Part shown: piece after piece, positions 19,963-32,216 of the stretch
How positions within the stretch are numbered: position 1 is the first letter of the stretch
Layout: every line of letters starts with the position of its first letter
NCBI GenBank assembly: GCA_963789265.1
Contig: CAWBKB010000001.1
Span: forward strand, 1,216,001 to 1,280,000
From: an uncultured delta proteobacterium
Lineage (GTDB): Bacteria > Desulfobacterota > Desulfomonilia > Desulfomonilales > Desulfomonilaceae
Length of the DNA stretch: 64,000 bases
Direction: 5' to 3'
The notes under the pieces: model-generated
Told to the model about the DNA's origin: nothing
The model's database searches: none
What the model saw: the letters and a program-made list of their open reading frames with translations, nothing else
Translations under genes and position numbers: made by a program

Positions 19963-20886
19963 ATGGACACTCGTCTGCAACGATCCCTGTTGATATTGCC
20001 GGTCAATGTCCCTCGCTTCGTTGAAAAGGCATACCTGCGCGGAGCGGACGCGATTGTGCTCGACCTGGAAGACTCAATACCCCCAGGAACAAAAGCAGAA
20101 TCCCGCAAGCTCGTGAAGCAATCAATCGAACTCGCGGGGCGTGGCGGGGCTGATGTCTTTGTCCGGGTCAATAATGAACCGTCGCTCCTCGACGATGATG
20201 TGGAAGCATCAGTCCATCCGGGTCTGCATGGGATCTTCATGCCCAAGGTCGAATCACAAAGGGATGTGAGTCGTCTTGAGGCTCACGTACTTAAGCTGGA
20301 ATCTGCGCGAGGAATGGAGCCGGGCCGAATAAAGTTATCTTTGCATATCGAGAGCCCGACCGGTCTTCTCAGACTCGAAGAAATCGCGGCAGCGAGTCCC
20401 CGCATCGAATCCATAAGCCTGGGCATGGATGACTACTGTTTGAGCCTCAGCGTTGAACCATCCCCGGGGGGAAGTGAACTGTTCTTCCCGCTCTGCATGA
20501 TAGTCACGGTTTGCAAGGCAGCGGGCATAGGAGCGATCGGGATACTGGGCAGCGTAGCGGAATTTCGCGATCTGGGAGTTTTTCAGAAAGCCGCGGAAGC
20601 AGGGCGACAACTTGGCTGTTCCGGAGCCTATTGCATTCATCCGCATCAGGTGCAAATACTGAACCGTGTGTTCTCTCCTTCCGCGGAAAAGATTGAATAT
20701 GCACGCAGGGTGGTCGAAGTATTCGAAGAAGGGCTGAGAAGAGGCAGAGCTTCGATGACTCTGGACGACCGGATGGTGGACACACCTATCTACAAACAGG
20801 CAAAAGTCGTGCTTGAACGCGCTGAAGCAGTGGCTGCGGTTGAGCGCAGGAAAGCGGACGCCATGAAACTTCTTCAGAATTGCTAA
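19963..20886 (+). CDS. CitE/HpcH-HpaI family CoA-ester lyase
   Basis: ADAIVLDLEDS, VRVN, MPKVE, IES, CIHPHQV. Confidence 0.9.
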   Translation: MDTRLQRSLLILPVNVPRFVEKAYLRGADAIVLDLEDSIPPGTKAESRKLVKQSIELAGRGGADVFVRVNNEPSLLDDDVEASVHPGLHGIFMPKVESQRDVSRLEAHVLKLESARGMEPGRIKLSLHIESPTGLLRLEEIAAASPRIESISLGMDDYCLSLSVEPSPGGSELFFPLCMIVTVCKAAGIGAIGILGSVAEFRDLGVFQKAAEAGRQLGCSGAYCIHPHQVQILNRVFSPSAEKIEYARRVVEVFEEGLRRGRASMTLDDRMVDTPIYKQAKVVLERAEAVAAVERRKADAMKLLQNC

Positions 20887-21166
20887 ATGGAGTAAAATAG
20901 GGCGGGCTCTACGTATTGCAAAAATTTTTTTCCGATTTGTGGAATTACACCGTCACCCCGGACTTTGATCCGGGGTCCAGCCTGGATTCCCGCGTGCACG
21001 GGAATGACGGCGAAGCGCCCATCACGGTTCGCCTTGAGGATTCTATGCTTGGTACGGCCAAACGGACATTATTTTTGGCAGACGCTATAATTGCGGAAAA
21101 CAGGGCAACCTCTGGCGTAATGAGCGGTTGATAGAAGCTATTTCCTGGGAGTTTCACGAGGAACCA

Positions 21167-22714
21167 ATGGTAAAATCAGTCAATGCTTCGTGGTGGGTGC
21201 AGCGTTGGAGCGAGCTTCAGCCGGAAAAGACGGCAATCGTTTTCGAAGGCCGGCGCATATCATATAGGGAGCTGAATGCTCGGGCTAACCGAACGGCCTG
21301 CTGGTTGCAATCTTTAGGGATCGAAAAGGGGGACCGTACCGCTGTTTTTTTGCAGAACGGTCCTGAATTTGTAGAGCTGTATCTCGCATGCTCGCGGCTC
21401 GGGGCTATCTTCGTCCCTCTGAACTTCAGGCTTGCCCCGCCCGAGGTGGATTACCTGATCAAGCACTGTCGCCCCAGGTTGCTTGTTTTTAGCCGGCTCT
21501 TTGAAAAGACCGTCCGCGCCTTGAACCTGGGCCACTACAGGCCGCCACTCCTTGCCGCGGTTGTCGGAAATAGCGGGAAGACTGAGGGTATTCTGGACTA
21601 TCGAACAGAGACAGAATTATTCAGCGGCCAAACTCCGTTCATAACACCTTCGCTCGGCCCAGCAGATCCGGAGGAACCCCATGTGATCATGTACACTTCC
21701 GGGACTACCGGTCGCCCAAAAGGTGCGGTTTTGAGCCATCGCAAAACCTTCTTCAACTGTCTGAATGCCGAGGTCTTCTTTCAATTGTCCTTTGACGACC
21801 GGATGCTTATCTTGTTGCCGTTGTTTCATTCCGGCGGGCTCTTCATTCAGGCTTCACCCTGTCTCTACAAGGGGGCCACTCTGATCATTCATCGCCGCTT
21901 CGACGCAATAAAGGCATATCAGGATATCGAAGAATTCGAGGTGACAAAATTCCTGGGAGTGCCGACGGTTTTTCGCTCTTTGCTTCAGGTGGAGGCGGAA
22001 CGACGCGGAGATGTAGCTTCTCTCGCGGTCTGTGCCATCGGCGGAGAAAAGGTGACTGCCGAGCTTCTGTCCGAATGCAGACAAAACGGCTTTCCGTTGC
22101 GGCAGATCATGGGCCAGACCGAGACCTCGATCTTGCTGTGGGCTTCCGAAGAGGAATCTCTCCAGAGGCCCGGTACAGTGGGGCGGCCTGTCTTCCATGC
22201 GGAGGTAAAGCTTGTCGACCGGCAGGGGCGTCGAGTGAGACCCGGGCACATAGGTGAAATAGTGGTCCGAGGCTCAATCATGATGAAGGAGTATTGGCAA
22301 GATCCGGTGCAGACCGAGCAAGTTCTCGAAGGGGGATGGCTGCGCACCGGAGACCTGGCTCGAATGGATGAGGATGGCTATTACTATCTGGTAGATAGAG
22401 CAAAGGACATGTACATATCGGGAGGAGAGAACGTCTACCCCGCGGAAATCGAAAGAGTTTTGAGCGAACATCCCGGCATTGCGGATGTGGCGGTGATAGG
22501 TATACCGGACGAGACCTACGGCGAGGTGGGGCATGCGTTCATAATTGCCGAGGATCAGGCCGAGCTGTCCGAGGACGATGTGATTCTGTACTGTAAGGGA
22601 AGACTGGCGGGTTACAAGCTGCCCCGAAAGGTGACTTTTTGCCGGGACTTCCCGAGAACTCCACTTGGCAAGGTTCGCAAGTTTTTATTGAATGGGAAGA
22701 GCAAAGAAGATTGA
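21167..22714 (+). CDS. Acyl-CoA synthetase (AMP-forming)
   Basis: YTSGTTGRPKG, GQTE, TGDLA, SGGENVYPAEIE, GKVRK. Confidence 0.95.
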   Translation: MVKSVNASWWVQRWSELQPEKTAIVFEGRRISYRELNARANRTACWLQSLGIEKGDRTAVFLQNGPEFVELYLACSRLGAIFVPLNFRLAPPEVDYLIKHCRPRLLVFSRLFEKTVRALNLGHYRPPLLAAVVGNSGKTEGILDYRTETELFSGQTPFITPSLGPADPEEPHVIMYTSGTTGRPKGAVLSHRKTFFNCLNAEVFFQLSFDDRMLILLPLFHSGGLFIQASPCLYKGATLIIHRRFDAIKAYQDIEEFEVTKFLGVPTVFRSLLQVEAERRGDVASLAVCAIGGEKVTAELLSECRQNGFPLRQIMGQTETSILLWASEEESLQRPGTVGRPVFHAEVKLVDRQGRRVRPGHIGEIVVRGSIMMKEYWQDPVQTEQVLEGGWLRTGDLARMDEDGYYYLVDRAKDMYISGGENVYPAEIERVLSEHPGIADVAVIGIPDETYGEVGHAFIIAEDQAELSEDDVILYCKGRLAGYKLPRKVTFCRDFPRTPLGKVRKFLLNGKSKED

Positions 22715-22738
22715 CGGGTTCGTTGGCGACGAAGGGGG

Positions 22739-22984
22739 TCAGTGCCATCCCTTAGTGGGCTTTTTCATCTCCACAAATGCTTCCGACACTTGGCTCTTGG
22801 TCACACATAGCCTCTGGGCCAATTCCATGGGGCCGATGAAGCCGCCGACTATGATTTTTCGGAAGACACGTTGTAATTGCCTGAAGGATAGCCTGTACTT
22901 GGTCATCAAGGCTTCGTCATCCATTCCCGATCTGATGTCCTGAACTACATCATGCGCGCTTACGACTACGCGGCGTCTTCTCAT
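22739..22984 (-). CDS. Small hypothetical protein, 'DIRSGM..LM.KY.LS' family (copy 1)
   Basis: GGAG SD; paralogous to 39680..39916 and 40104..40343. Confidence 0.75.
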   Translation of the reverse strand: MRRRRVVVSAHDVVQDIRSGMDDEALMTKYRLSFRQLQRVFRKIIVGGFIGPMELAQRLCVTKSQVSEAFVEMKKPTKGWH

Positions 22985-23247
22985 GCCAAACACTCCAGCT
23001 TCTACGTGGTTCTTAGCATACTTCTTTTCTGAGCCGGAGGGAAGATAGGAGAGAACCTCTTTGTCGGAGTAATCAAGAAAAATCTGGAAATCCCGGGACA
23101 CCTCGCCTAGTTCTCGAATCAGCTCCTGTCCGCCGTCTGGCATTTTTCAGTTCTGCTTTATCGCGAATGTTGCAGAAAATTTCGTGATGACGATAATGGT
23201 ATCACAATTTGTTGCGGCCCTGAGATGGCAAAAGGCTGAAGGAGAGT

Positions 23248-23499
23248 ATGATGGAAATTTGCAAACTCTATACGCTGAGCACTTGCAGTCACTGCAAATC
23301 GTGCAAAAGATTTCTCGGTGAGTGCGGAATTGAATATGAATTTACGGATGTCGATCTCCTGCCGGAAGCCGACAAAGCCGAAGTCATGGACGAGATCAAA
23401 CGGCTTACCTCCCGGTGCGCATTCCCAACCATCATTATCGGGGAGAAAGTCATCGTAGGGTTCCGGGAACCGGAACTCAGGCAAGCTCTGGGCCTATAA
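23248..23499 (+). CDS. Glutaredoxin family protein
   Basis: TCSHCK, AFPTIIIG, IVGF; AGGAG SD. Confidence 0.92.
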   Translation: MMEICKLYTLSTCSHCKSCKRFLGECGIEYEFTDVDLLPEADKAEVMDEIKRLTSRCAFPTIIIGEKVIVGFREPELRQALGL

Positions 23500-24039
23500 T
23501 GCGCCATAAGAGCTGCCAAGATGTCCAGCCCAATTTGGAATACACACGGGGTCACCCCAAACTTGATCCGGGATGGTAGTGGCGACCGGTGGTCGCCCTG
23601 GGCGAATGCCATTCGCCCCTACAAATTCCTGCCTTCACAGGAATAACTGTGAAACGTCTATGACGATTACCCCTGAGGATTCTGTAAGTAGACCACCAAC
23701 ATGTCACTATCCTCGCCACCCGTTCCACAGCCCTAGATTTATTGGCTATCAATCGCGAAAGCTACAATCTCTTGCCCAATAGGCCCAAAATTCCTATCAC
23801 GATTAGGTACACGGCTACAATTGTTGCTAATAAGCCGGGATAGATCAGGATCAATATGCCGGCAATTAGCGCGACGATGGCTTGAAATCTCGAGTGCGAG
23901 AACATACCAGACTCCCTTCATGGTTGATCTTCCATCAACAAGTTACTGTTATTCGCAAAGTACGTACCGCTTCCTCGATTGTCAAATTCTCTATTAGAGC
24001 TTTAGTACCAAAATTGTACCGATCCGACACCGGCCCTGT

Positions 24040-25156
24040 TCAACAAGTCGTGGGTTCGTTTTCGTGGGCCTCCATCAACAGATACTCCTGAATCAGCCTG
24101 TTCAAGTCACCGTCCAGGACAGCACTCACGTTGCCAATTTCAATGTTGGTGCGGTGGTCCTTAACCATCTGATAGGGCTGCAGAACATACGAGCGGATCT
24201 GTGAGCCCCATGCAATATCCTTCTGTGTTTTGTGGAGAGTGTCCTTCTCTTCCTGTTTCTTCTTTAACTCAAGATCGTACAGCCTCGACTTGAGAATCTT
24301 CATGGCCATAGCCTTGTTCTTGTGCTGGGATCTCTCGTTTTGACATTGCGCGACTATGCCGGTGGGCAGATGTGTGATCCTGACGGCTGAATCGGTCTTG
24401 TTCACATGCTGGCCGCCCGCGCCCGAAGACCGATAGGTGTCTATTTTCAGGTCCGCGTCATTGACTTGAATATCTACCGAGTCGTCCGCGCTTGGGAAGA
24501 CGAAGAAGGCAGCAAAAGAGGTATGCCGCCGCGCGTTTGCGTCAAACGGGGAAATCCGGACCAACCTGTGTATGCCAACTTCGGCCTTGAGTCGGCCGTA
24601 GGCATATTCGCCGTCTACGGAGAATGTGGCAGACTTTACACCTGCTTCTTCACCGGGCAAGGTGTCCAGAATCTCCGATTTGTAGCCTTCGCGCTCTGCC
24701 CAGCGGAGGTACATCCTGAGGAGCATCTCGGCCCAATCTTGAGCTTCCGTGCCGCCAGCCCCCGCGTGGATCTCCACAATCGCGTCGCCGATGTCCTCCG
24801 GTCTCGAGAAAAGCCTCTGGATCTGCAAGCCGCGAATATGCTCCTCCAGGGAGTCCAGTTTCTCTTCTACTTCCTTGATAACAGAATGGTCCTCCTCCTC
24901 CAATGCAAGTTGTAGGAGAATGGCTGTTTCGTCGAGTTCCTTGTCAAGACCTAAAAAATTCTCAACCAAGACTGAAATCTGCTTCTGTTCCTTGAGTAGT
25001 GTCTTGGCGGCGGTGGGATCGTTCCAGAATTCCGAGTTTTCCTGGGTCTTTTCCAGTTCGGTCAGGCGGGATATCTTGGCGTCGAGGTCAAAGATAACCT
25101 CGAAGTTCACTGGATTTTTGCCGAATTTCGGCCAGTCTTTCTTCAATCTCCAACAT
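24040..25156 (-). CDS. prfB: Peptide chain release factor 2 with programmed +1 frameshift
   Basis: SPF and GGQ motifs; first frame MLEIEERLAEIRQKSSELRGYL ends at GAGGTTAT-CTT-TGA-C (25087-25093). Confidence 0.97.
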
Positions 25157-26138
25157 CATTGTCCTCCTCGGTAATGGACTGGCTTCCGGCGAAAGCCCGT
25201 CCTTCCAACCATTTATTGTAAGCTGTGAAGCCGTCGAGTTCCACGGATTCAAGTGCTTCATTGATTATTTTGAGTTTGGCATCCAAGTCGTCGATGCAAT
25301 GCACCAGGATTGCCTCCCTCGTCAAGGGCTTTACCGGTGAACCGAATTGGGTCTCTCCGTGATGCGACAGCAGAACATGTTCCACTTCGCGAAGCCAGGG
25401 TTGATCGACAATGCCCTTTTCCGAGGCCGCGTCTCGAACCATACTAAGGCCCAGAATCAGGTGCCCAATCAGCCTGCCCTCGGTGGTTCGACCTCCACCG
25501 GTAGGGCTGAGTTCGTATACCTTTCCTATATCATGGAGTATCGCGCCTGCCAGCGCAATACCCCTGTTTATGTTTTTCTCCAGCTTGAGAATCGCCTCCA
25601 TCTTCCTAGTGACTGTGGCAATGTGTTCGATCAGCCCCCCCCGGTAGGCGTGATGAACCATTCTGGCAGCGGGAAATGTTTTGACGGCATCCGCGTGACG
25701 ATCCAGAATCTCGGTCACCAATTCTGCTAATTCAGGTGGATCCAGACTGCCGGCCGTTACCTTCAACTCTTCGAACAGAGATTCGGAGTCGTATGGACTC
25801 ATTCGTAACAAAGCAGAAAGATCCGGCACATCCGAAGGGTCCGAGCGTCGGATTTTGCTGACCACAAGCTGAAGATGGTCCCGGTAGGTCTCTACGCCGC
25901 CCTCAATTTTCACTACGTCGCCGGGGCTGAAATCTTGGCCCCACTTGCGGATGGACTCCGGCCACATCTTCGCTGAAATCGCGCCAGTGGCGTCTCCCAC
26001 CACAAGGTCGAGGTAAGCTTGGCCGGAGCGTGTTTTGCGTGGCTCTTTCGACCTCAACTCGAAATACTGGAGTAAATTATCGCCGGCCTTGAGGTCCTTG
26101 ACGCAAATTAGGACGCTATTTGTGTCGTCACCATTCAT
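25143..26138 (-). CDS. yhaM: OB-fold + HD domain 3'-5' exoribonuclease (YhaM family)
   Basis: N-terminal OB fold, HHAYRGGLIEH, LHDIGK, SHHG; start could be as far up as 26213. Confidence 0.88.
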   Translation of the reverse strand: MNGDDTNSVLICVKDLKAGDNLLQYFELRSKEPRKTRSGQAYLDLVVGDATGAISAKMWPESIRKWGQDFSPGDVVKIEGGVETYRDHLQLVVSKIRRSDPSDVPDLSALLRMSPYDSESLFEELKVTAGSLDPPELAELVTEILDRHADAVKTFPAARMVHHAYRGGLIEHIATVTRKMEAILKLEKNINRGIALAGAILHDIGKVYELSPTGGGRTTEGRLIGHLILGLSMVRDAASEKGIVDQPWLREVEHVLLSHHGETQFGSPVKPLTREAILVHCIDDLDAKLKIINEALESVELDGFTAYNKWLEGRAFAGSQSITEEDNDVGD

Positions 26139-26209
26139 TTGTGGGCTTCTTTCGCCGCGAGCGGTCTTCGCCTCGTACCTGGGGTGCAAGCGAAACCGAG
26201 TCCGCTCTG

Positions 26210-28592
26210 TCAAAATAGATGGGATCTGGATCTAATAGTGGAAGGTAAGGGATGGTTGAACTTTTCGGTCAAAGCGTCCAGGCATTTTTCGATAAATCCG
26301 TCCACGTCTACCCGTTTGCCGCCGTGCAGGATGGCGTAGATCTCACCTAGAATCGGGGGATAAAAGCCTCGCTGTGAGGCTATTCGCTGAGCGAAGCGCG
26401 ACGCCTCAAAGCCTTCGATGGCTATCATTTTCTTGCGATACTGTTCGAGAAGAACGCGGGCCGGTATGGATTTGAGGTTTTTTTCGTCCATCTGGGCAAG
26501 GTCCCGGCCAAAGCTGGCGGATCGGCCCCCTCGGCATGTGGCGAGCAGGTCGGCCATCCACACTTGGCTTTCCGCGTCGAAGGTGTCGGGAGATGCTCCC
26601 AGGAGAATTCCGAATTGGCGTATCTCGGCCGTTACCAGAGTGGCATAAGTGGCCAAGAAATTTTCAGGGGCGCGCTTTGAGCCTTCCAGTATCCCGAATC
26701 CGATAGCGTACACATTCTTCAAAGCCGCTGATATTGTTGTGCCGATCACGTCGCCGGAGTAGACGACGCGAAACCGGGAGGTCTCTATAAGAGGCCTGAG
26801 GCGTTCGAAGGTCTCATAGTGCTCGCATGCGATTTGCGTAACCCCAGCCCCTCCATACACTATCTCGTGGGCAAGATTGGCCCCGGAAAGGACAGAGACC
26901 CTCATCCTTTTCCCCAGGCGTTCCATCTCCTGGTGTGTGGTTTGACACGGGAGCAACCCTGTTTCAGGGATAAAACCTTTGGTGGCGATTACAAAGTCGC
27001 TTCCATCCGGAGCGAGTTCCAAAACTTTTACGAGCGTCGAATAGAAGTATTTACTCGGCGTCACGATCAGAACAAGCGAAGTGTCACCAACCGCGGCGAT
27101 AAGGTCCGCCTCGGGTCTAACCGATCTCGGAAGAGAAATATCTCTGTAGTGCCACGGGTGCTTCCCTTCGACCGTGAGCTTCTCGATAAGGTCCTCTCGC
27201 GAATCATACAGGATCAGCGAATGCTCTGATAGTTCCTCCTTCTTCAATAGATTCATGCCGATATGAAGCGCAAGAGTGTATCCCCAAGCCCCGGCATTCA
27301 CCACGGTCATGGTGTTGCGCCCACTCAGGGGATAAATTCTCCTATCTGCATGATACGCGTAGAATCTCAATAGGGGAATATTCCGAGGGGCGTATGCGCG
27401 CCTGAGCAGGGGCTTGGAGATGGCCCTGCGGCTTGTTAATAGCTTGAGACCGATCTTTATCGCTTCCGGCAAGTCAGACGTAATCAAAGGGTGAAAAGGC
27501 GGCTCTCTCCGATATCTCATTCGGAAAAAAGACGTGGTATTCGAAACCTCCTCATCGACGTTTTCACGAAGCGCCTTCATGTTGAGTCGCTCCAAACCCT
27601 GCATGGCTTTAGCTACCAACTGAGTCGGGTGAATAGTCTTGTTGCGCGCGATCTCCTCGATCGCCCGGTGCGAAATTCTCTGAAGAGTGAGAGAGTTGTC
27701 GTTCGTAAGTTCAAACGGCTCGCCCACGTTCGTCACTTACGTCGCCAAATGCCCGATCCAGCCCCTTAAAGATTTTGTCCGGATTCCCCAGTCCCAACAG
27801 CATCGAAAGAAGCACTGTCCAACCTCTGGGAAACATTGACATAATTGGGAAGAACCCGGACGCCGTCAGATAGGTGTCTTCCGGAATGACCGAATAAGAA
27901 ATCGCTACCGGAACCACCAGCGCCCGACCCGCAGCCTTTACTGAGGCCAAAACTCCATGGGGAACATACGGCTCTCGAAGGATGCCGTCTCTCGAGCGCA
28001 CGGCATATCTGCTGGTTCTCGCAAATAGCGCCTGAACTTCTCCCGCTTCCGCCAAAGCCGCACAATACCAGGAATAGCCGCGGTGCTGAACCCCGGCGAA
28101 GCTCTTTGGCACGATGACTCTGCGGAAGCCCTTAAGCCAATGGGACATCCAGCCCTTGGTAAGACTTCCGGTGACGTGAACGATCGGAGTGCGGAGGAAG
28201 AGGTGATGGATCAGTTGCGCGGTCAGGAGATAATCAAAGTACGACGTGTGGCCGACGAAGAAGAACACCGGACCGTCAAACTCCGCTATCCTGCGCCTGA
28301 TCTCTACGGGAACCGGGCTGGACACATCCTTGAACAGCGTCTTGCCCAGAAATGCAAGCATAGCCCAAGTCTTGTGGAACTCATTCAAATCGAATGAAAC
28401 TGCGAGTTCCGACAATGCTCGCTGTAGCTCGCTGCGATCGCCTTTCGGCTCGTACGTTTCCGCCAGCTTTAGGGCCCGTTCGCGTAAAAATCTCTGATCC
28501 AGAGCCACGGGAGGGATCACTGACAGAGACTTCTTGAATTGTCTGAATCCCTCGTGGGACTCGAAGAGCTCTAGTGTGCGACGGAGATACAT
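26210..28592 (-). CDS. Acyltransferase (PlsB/PlsC-like)-glycerol-3-phosphate dehydrogenase (GpsA-like) fusion, frameshift ~27735
   Basis: HTSYFD, RSRDG, VPVAISY in the first frame; NAGAWG, SGANLAHE, LKNVYAI, DLLATC in the second. Confidence 0.8.
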
Positions 28593-28642
28593 CTTTTCCT
28601 GACCCCATCAAGGCGGTTGTCACAATGGCAGAACCGATTCAG

Positions 28643-29564
28643 TCAGTTCACGATACCGGTCGCGGGCTTCTCGGGTTCCCTCACAGGTGCCCTGGGACCG
28701 TGGCGAGGGGATGGAGGCGGTTGCAATTGCCGCGCGGGCTGCTCTTGCTGAACCGCGGGCCCTGATCGTGGGGCCGCGGAAGGGGGAGCCGGAAGGCTTT
28801 GCGGCTGGGGCGAGACCGCCGGCGGCTGAGTCGGCTGAACCTGAGGTTGTATTGGCCCGGTAGTTGGCAGGGACGGCTGAACCTGAGGTTGTATTGGCCC
28901 GGTAGTTGGCGGGGACGGCTGAACCCGGGTGGGAGGGGCCTCCAGCGCGGGTGCCGGAACGGCTTGAGGTGTCGAGGGCTTAGTCCCGGCTTCAGCTCCC
29001 GTGAACTTGACCGATACGAGGACATTATTAAATATGTCGTGATATTTTTCCATAGCCTTGGAAGGTGCCAGACAAGCGATCCGGAGAAGAGTCTGGTCGT
29101 GCTTATAATACACTATGACGACGTCCATCCAGATCTTGGGCTTGTTCTCAGGGGCCTGAACATAGAAATAGTACGCGTCCGGGACATCACACTTGAACTT
29201 TCCCTCGTCGATAATCCGGACTTCCTGTTTGTCCTTTGTCCGTGTTCTCTTTTGTAAGTCTTTGATACCGTTGCGTAGTTCCTGCAAGTAGAGAACTCAA
29301 GGGATCTTTTGAAGGTTTGTGCGCGGCAATCTGAATACGATCTCTGAAGCCATCAGTCAGATCAGGAGCTTGAAAGACCACATAATAATTTCCTATTGGC
29401 CTGTCCAGCTTGACCCACGACGCGGGATATTTCATGGTGAATCCATATTCTTCACTGGTAAAAACTTTGTAATCTTCGGCTGAAGAGATCGCCGGAATTA
29501 CAAGGATCACCATAGCGAAAAACAAGGGGATTCTCCAAGAGAACCCTATCCTCGGAAAGTGCAT
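28643..29564 (-). CDS. Exported PsbP-like protein with Pro/Gln-rich tail (frameshift ~29295)
   Basis: Signal peptide and YGFTMKYPASW; continues in a second frame. Confidence 0.65.
28832..28925. repeat. 42-bp coding tandem repeat, ~2.2 copies (PTTGPIQPQVQPSx)
   Basis: CGGCTGAACCTGAGGTTGTATTGGCCCGGTAGTTGGC(A/G)GGGA repeated. Confidence 0.95.
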
Positions 29565-29728
29565 CTAACCGTCTCCTTTCGAGCCAGGCCTCGCATAATC
29601 AAGATCGCATAATATCAGGAAAACCTCAACAGGGTCAACGCTTTTCTCTCGCTATGTCTCGATATCTAATGCAGATTCCAGGAGACAAATTATTCGAGCC
29701 ACGTGCACCAACACGTGGTCGAGCGATT

Positions 29729-30905
29729 TCACCGATAGCGTGATCCTCGCCACAGAATTTCTCTGTCCATCAGTACGGTCCCTAGCGTGCTCGCCGCTAC
29801 CCAGGCCCCCACGAGGATGCCTGCGGGTGCCAGGAGGCCATACAGCCAGTTCCCATGTTCCAGCTTTATAAACAGACTGTATGGAATGATTACTGCGGCC
29901 ATGGCAACGGTCGACATGACGAAAAGCTCCGGAATAGGTGTGGTGATGTTTCCAACGAGCAACAGAGCCCCGGAGAACACAAAGAACACAGTAAGAAGAA
30001 ACTAGCGAAACATAATTAACAATCAATCTCATAATCTTGGGTATGCTCCGCTCCAGAGCCCCATAAAAGGTTCTCCTCCAAAAGCTGCACACTTCAGACA
30101 GGCTTTCAAACGGTCTGGTTCGAATCAGGTCGCCACCGCGCATCAAGCCCATCTTCAACCCGTTTGCCTTGACGGCCTTGGCCAAAGCCACGTCCTCAGT
30201 CAGTTGATCCTTGAATGTTTCCCACGTACCAACCGTGTGGTAGGCCGACCGGCTGATCATGATAAAACAACCCGAAGCCACGGCTGCCGGTTTAGTCGAG
30301 TCGTTCACCTCCGTCAATGGATAAAAATAGGATAGGCCCAGAGCCAAATGAGGATATATCGCATCCTCGAGAAGCCCCCTATTTGTGAAGCCCGGCAAAA
30401 GACTTATCATATCAAAATTATTAGCTAAGAAAAACTCCAGAGCTTTCGATATAGTATCCGGCCGAAAGACTGCGTCCGCATCGCTGAAAAGCAACACGCC
30501 CTCCGACGCGTGCCCTGCAGCCTGGAAAATAGCGTGCGTTTTTCCAGTCCAGCCCTGGGGAAGCTCTCGGATGGAAAGAACAGTTATTCTAGTATCTTCC
30601 CTGGCCAAACGCTCCATGATTTCAAAGGTCCGGTCTTTACTGCGATCGTTTATAAGTATCAAGTGGATGGCAGGATGGTTGGATGCCAGCACGGACCGAA
30701 CGGATTCTTCAAGGTGACGTTCTTCATCCTTGGCAGCAACGATCACCGTCACCAAAGGAAGGAGGATAGGCGTACTCCCGGTCTTTCCATCTGTCAGGCT
30801 AGGCTCTTTCCTCAGCACCCATACCAACAGAAGATTCATGTAAAGCAACTTAAGTAAGACTAAGAGGACGAAAACAATTCCCGCCCACGCTATCCATATT
30901 GTCAA
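29729..30905 (-). CDS. Membrane glycosyltransferase family 2 (frameshift ~29995)
   Basis: INDRSKDRT, GWTGK, FSDAD, TEDVAL, C-terminal WRGSRY in a second frame. Confidence 0.88.
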
Positions 30906-31616
30906 TATTCAAATCCCTTTCTTCGGCCCTGTGAGCCGGCGGTCAGAAACGAAGCCGGGCGATTATGGGAACGAGCTCCTCAAGGCGGTGTCAAAACAAG
31001 GCCTTGCCCGAAAATAGTAGCACGTTGCCTACTTTCCCGGCAATACCGTGTTCCACGCGGGACCACGGTACCTATCGACCGTCCCCCCGGGGCTCCTGCC
31101 ATTCGAGCTCAGCGGGGCCATTGAAAGTGGGCCGCTGCTGCGGCGCGGCTATCATCGCGGCGCGATTATCGGAATCATAGTATTCGCAAGGATTCTAAAG
31201 GCCAGGCAGCACCGAACCAACCGTCGCTCGGCAAAGAAACGATGCCGGAAGATGCTGATCCAGCTCTAGTGAGACGCATCATATTTCGCTCTTTTCCTTC
31301 GTTCTTGATCGGCCGCGGCATGTTGCACACAAATGCAAAGCGGTATTCGATGCAGCTTGCCAAAAGTGGACGCACTCTATTCGGTTAGCTATGTTTGTCC
31401 GCAGGAAAGTTGGCTGTCGGGAGCTCTTTTTCGGTCCCGGACAAGCCTGAAGAAGATGTATTTTCTCGGGCCTAATCTCGGGACACGCGGGTGCGTCGTC
31501 TCAAGGGGCTCAAACCGACACCGCTCCGGTTCCACAGCCGTCATGATTCCCTACGGCCTCGGTAGAAAGTGGCATAACGGCGTAACGGGCCCTCAAGTGC
31601 GGTCCAATCCCTCGGC

Positions 31617-32216
31617 CTAGCGGAGCGTAATGCGCTGCTCTCTGAAGAGTTTCTCTGCAGTAGCGCGATCTTGCCGGGCCAAGTCAGGTCTGTGTATCTT
31701 CTCTTGGAGCAAGGCCCGATTTTGATATGCACGAAGATTCCGGGGATCGAGCCTTATAGCAGCGGAGAAATAAGCGCTAGCGGCCATATACTCCCCCTTG
31801 TTCATCAAATCTTTGCCTTCAGCCAGATAGATTTCGGGGCGTGCCGATCCATCGTCGTAGACTAATGCCTGTTCCCCTGAAAATCCGCTTTCTCCTCGCG
31901 GATTCCAGGCCGTAACGGCAAAGAAATACAGCTTCTCATTTTTCAAACCGCGAAGCACTAATGCAGATCTGTCACAGTTAACCAAACCCCTGTAGTCTTC
32001 GCGATTCGATCCCCAGAAGACCGTATAGTGGGTAGCACCCGACACCGGTTGCCAGGTAATTTCAAGTCCTTGAGGTACAATAACCAGCCCCACATGTGTG
32101 GGTGCCGCAGGCGGATTCCGCACCGTCCCGGGAGTGATCGAAGACGAACACGACAAAAGCAAGAGATGCGACAGCGCTAATACAGCGACCGCTAACTTAC
32201 CAATTCTCTCCACCAC
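31617..32216 (-). CDS. Lipoprotein with fibronectin-III and TPR domains
   Basis: LLLSC lipobox; W.PVSGA..Y.V.W...YFFAVTA.N..GES; FSAAIRLDP..AYQNRA. Confidence 0.8.
   Translation of the reverse strand: MVERIGKLAVAVLALSHLLLLSCSSSITPGTVRNPPAAPTHVGLVIVPQGLEITWQPVSGATHYTVFWGSNREDYRGLVNCDRSALVLRGLKNEKLYFFAVTAWNPRGESGFSGEQALVYDDGSARPEIYLAEGKDLMNKGEYMAASAYFSAAIRLDPRNLRAYQNRALLQEKIHRPDLARQDRATAEKLFREQRITLR

Noticed and set aside
30910..31615. 700-bp GC-rich gap as a possible ncRNA or gene
   Set aside because: No recognisable motif, coherent ORF or repeat found by eye
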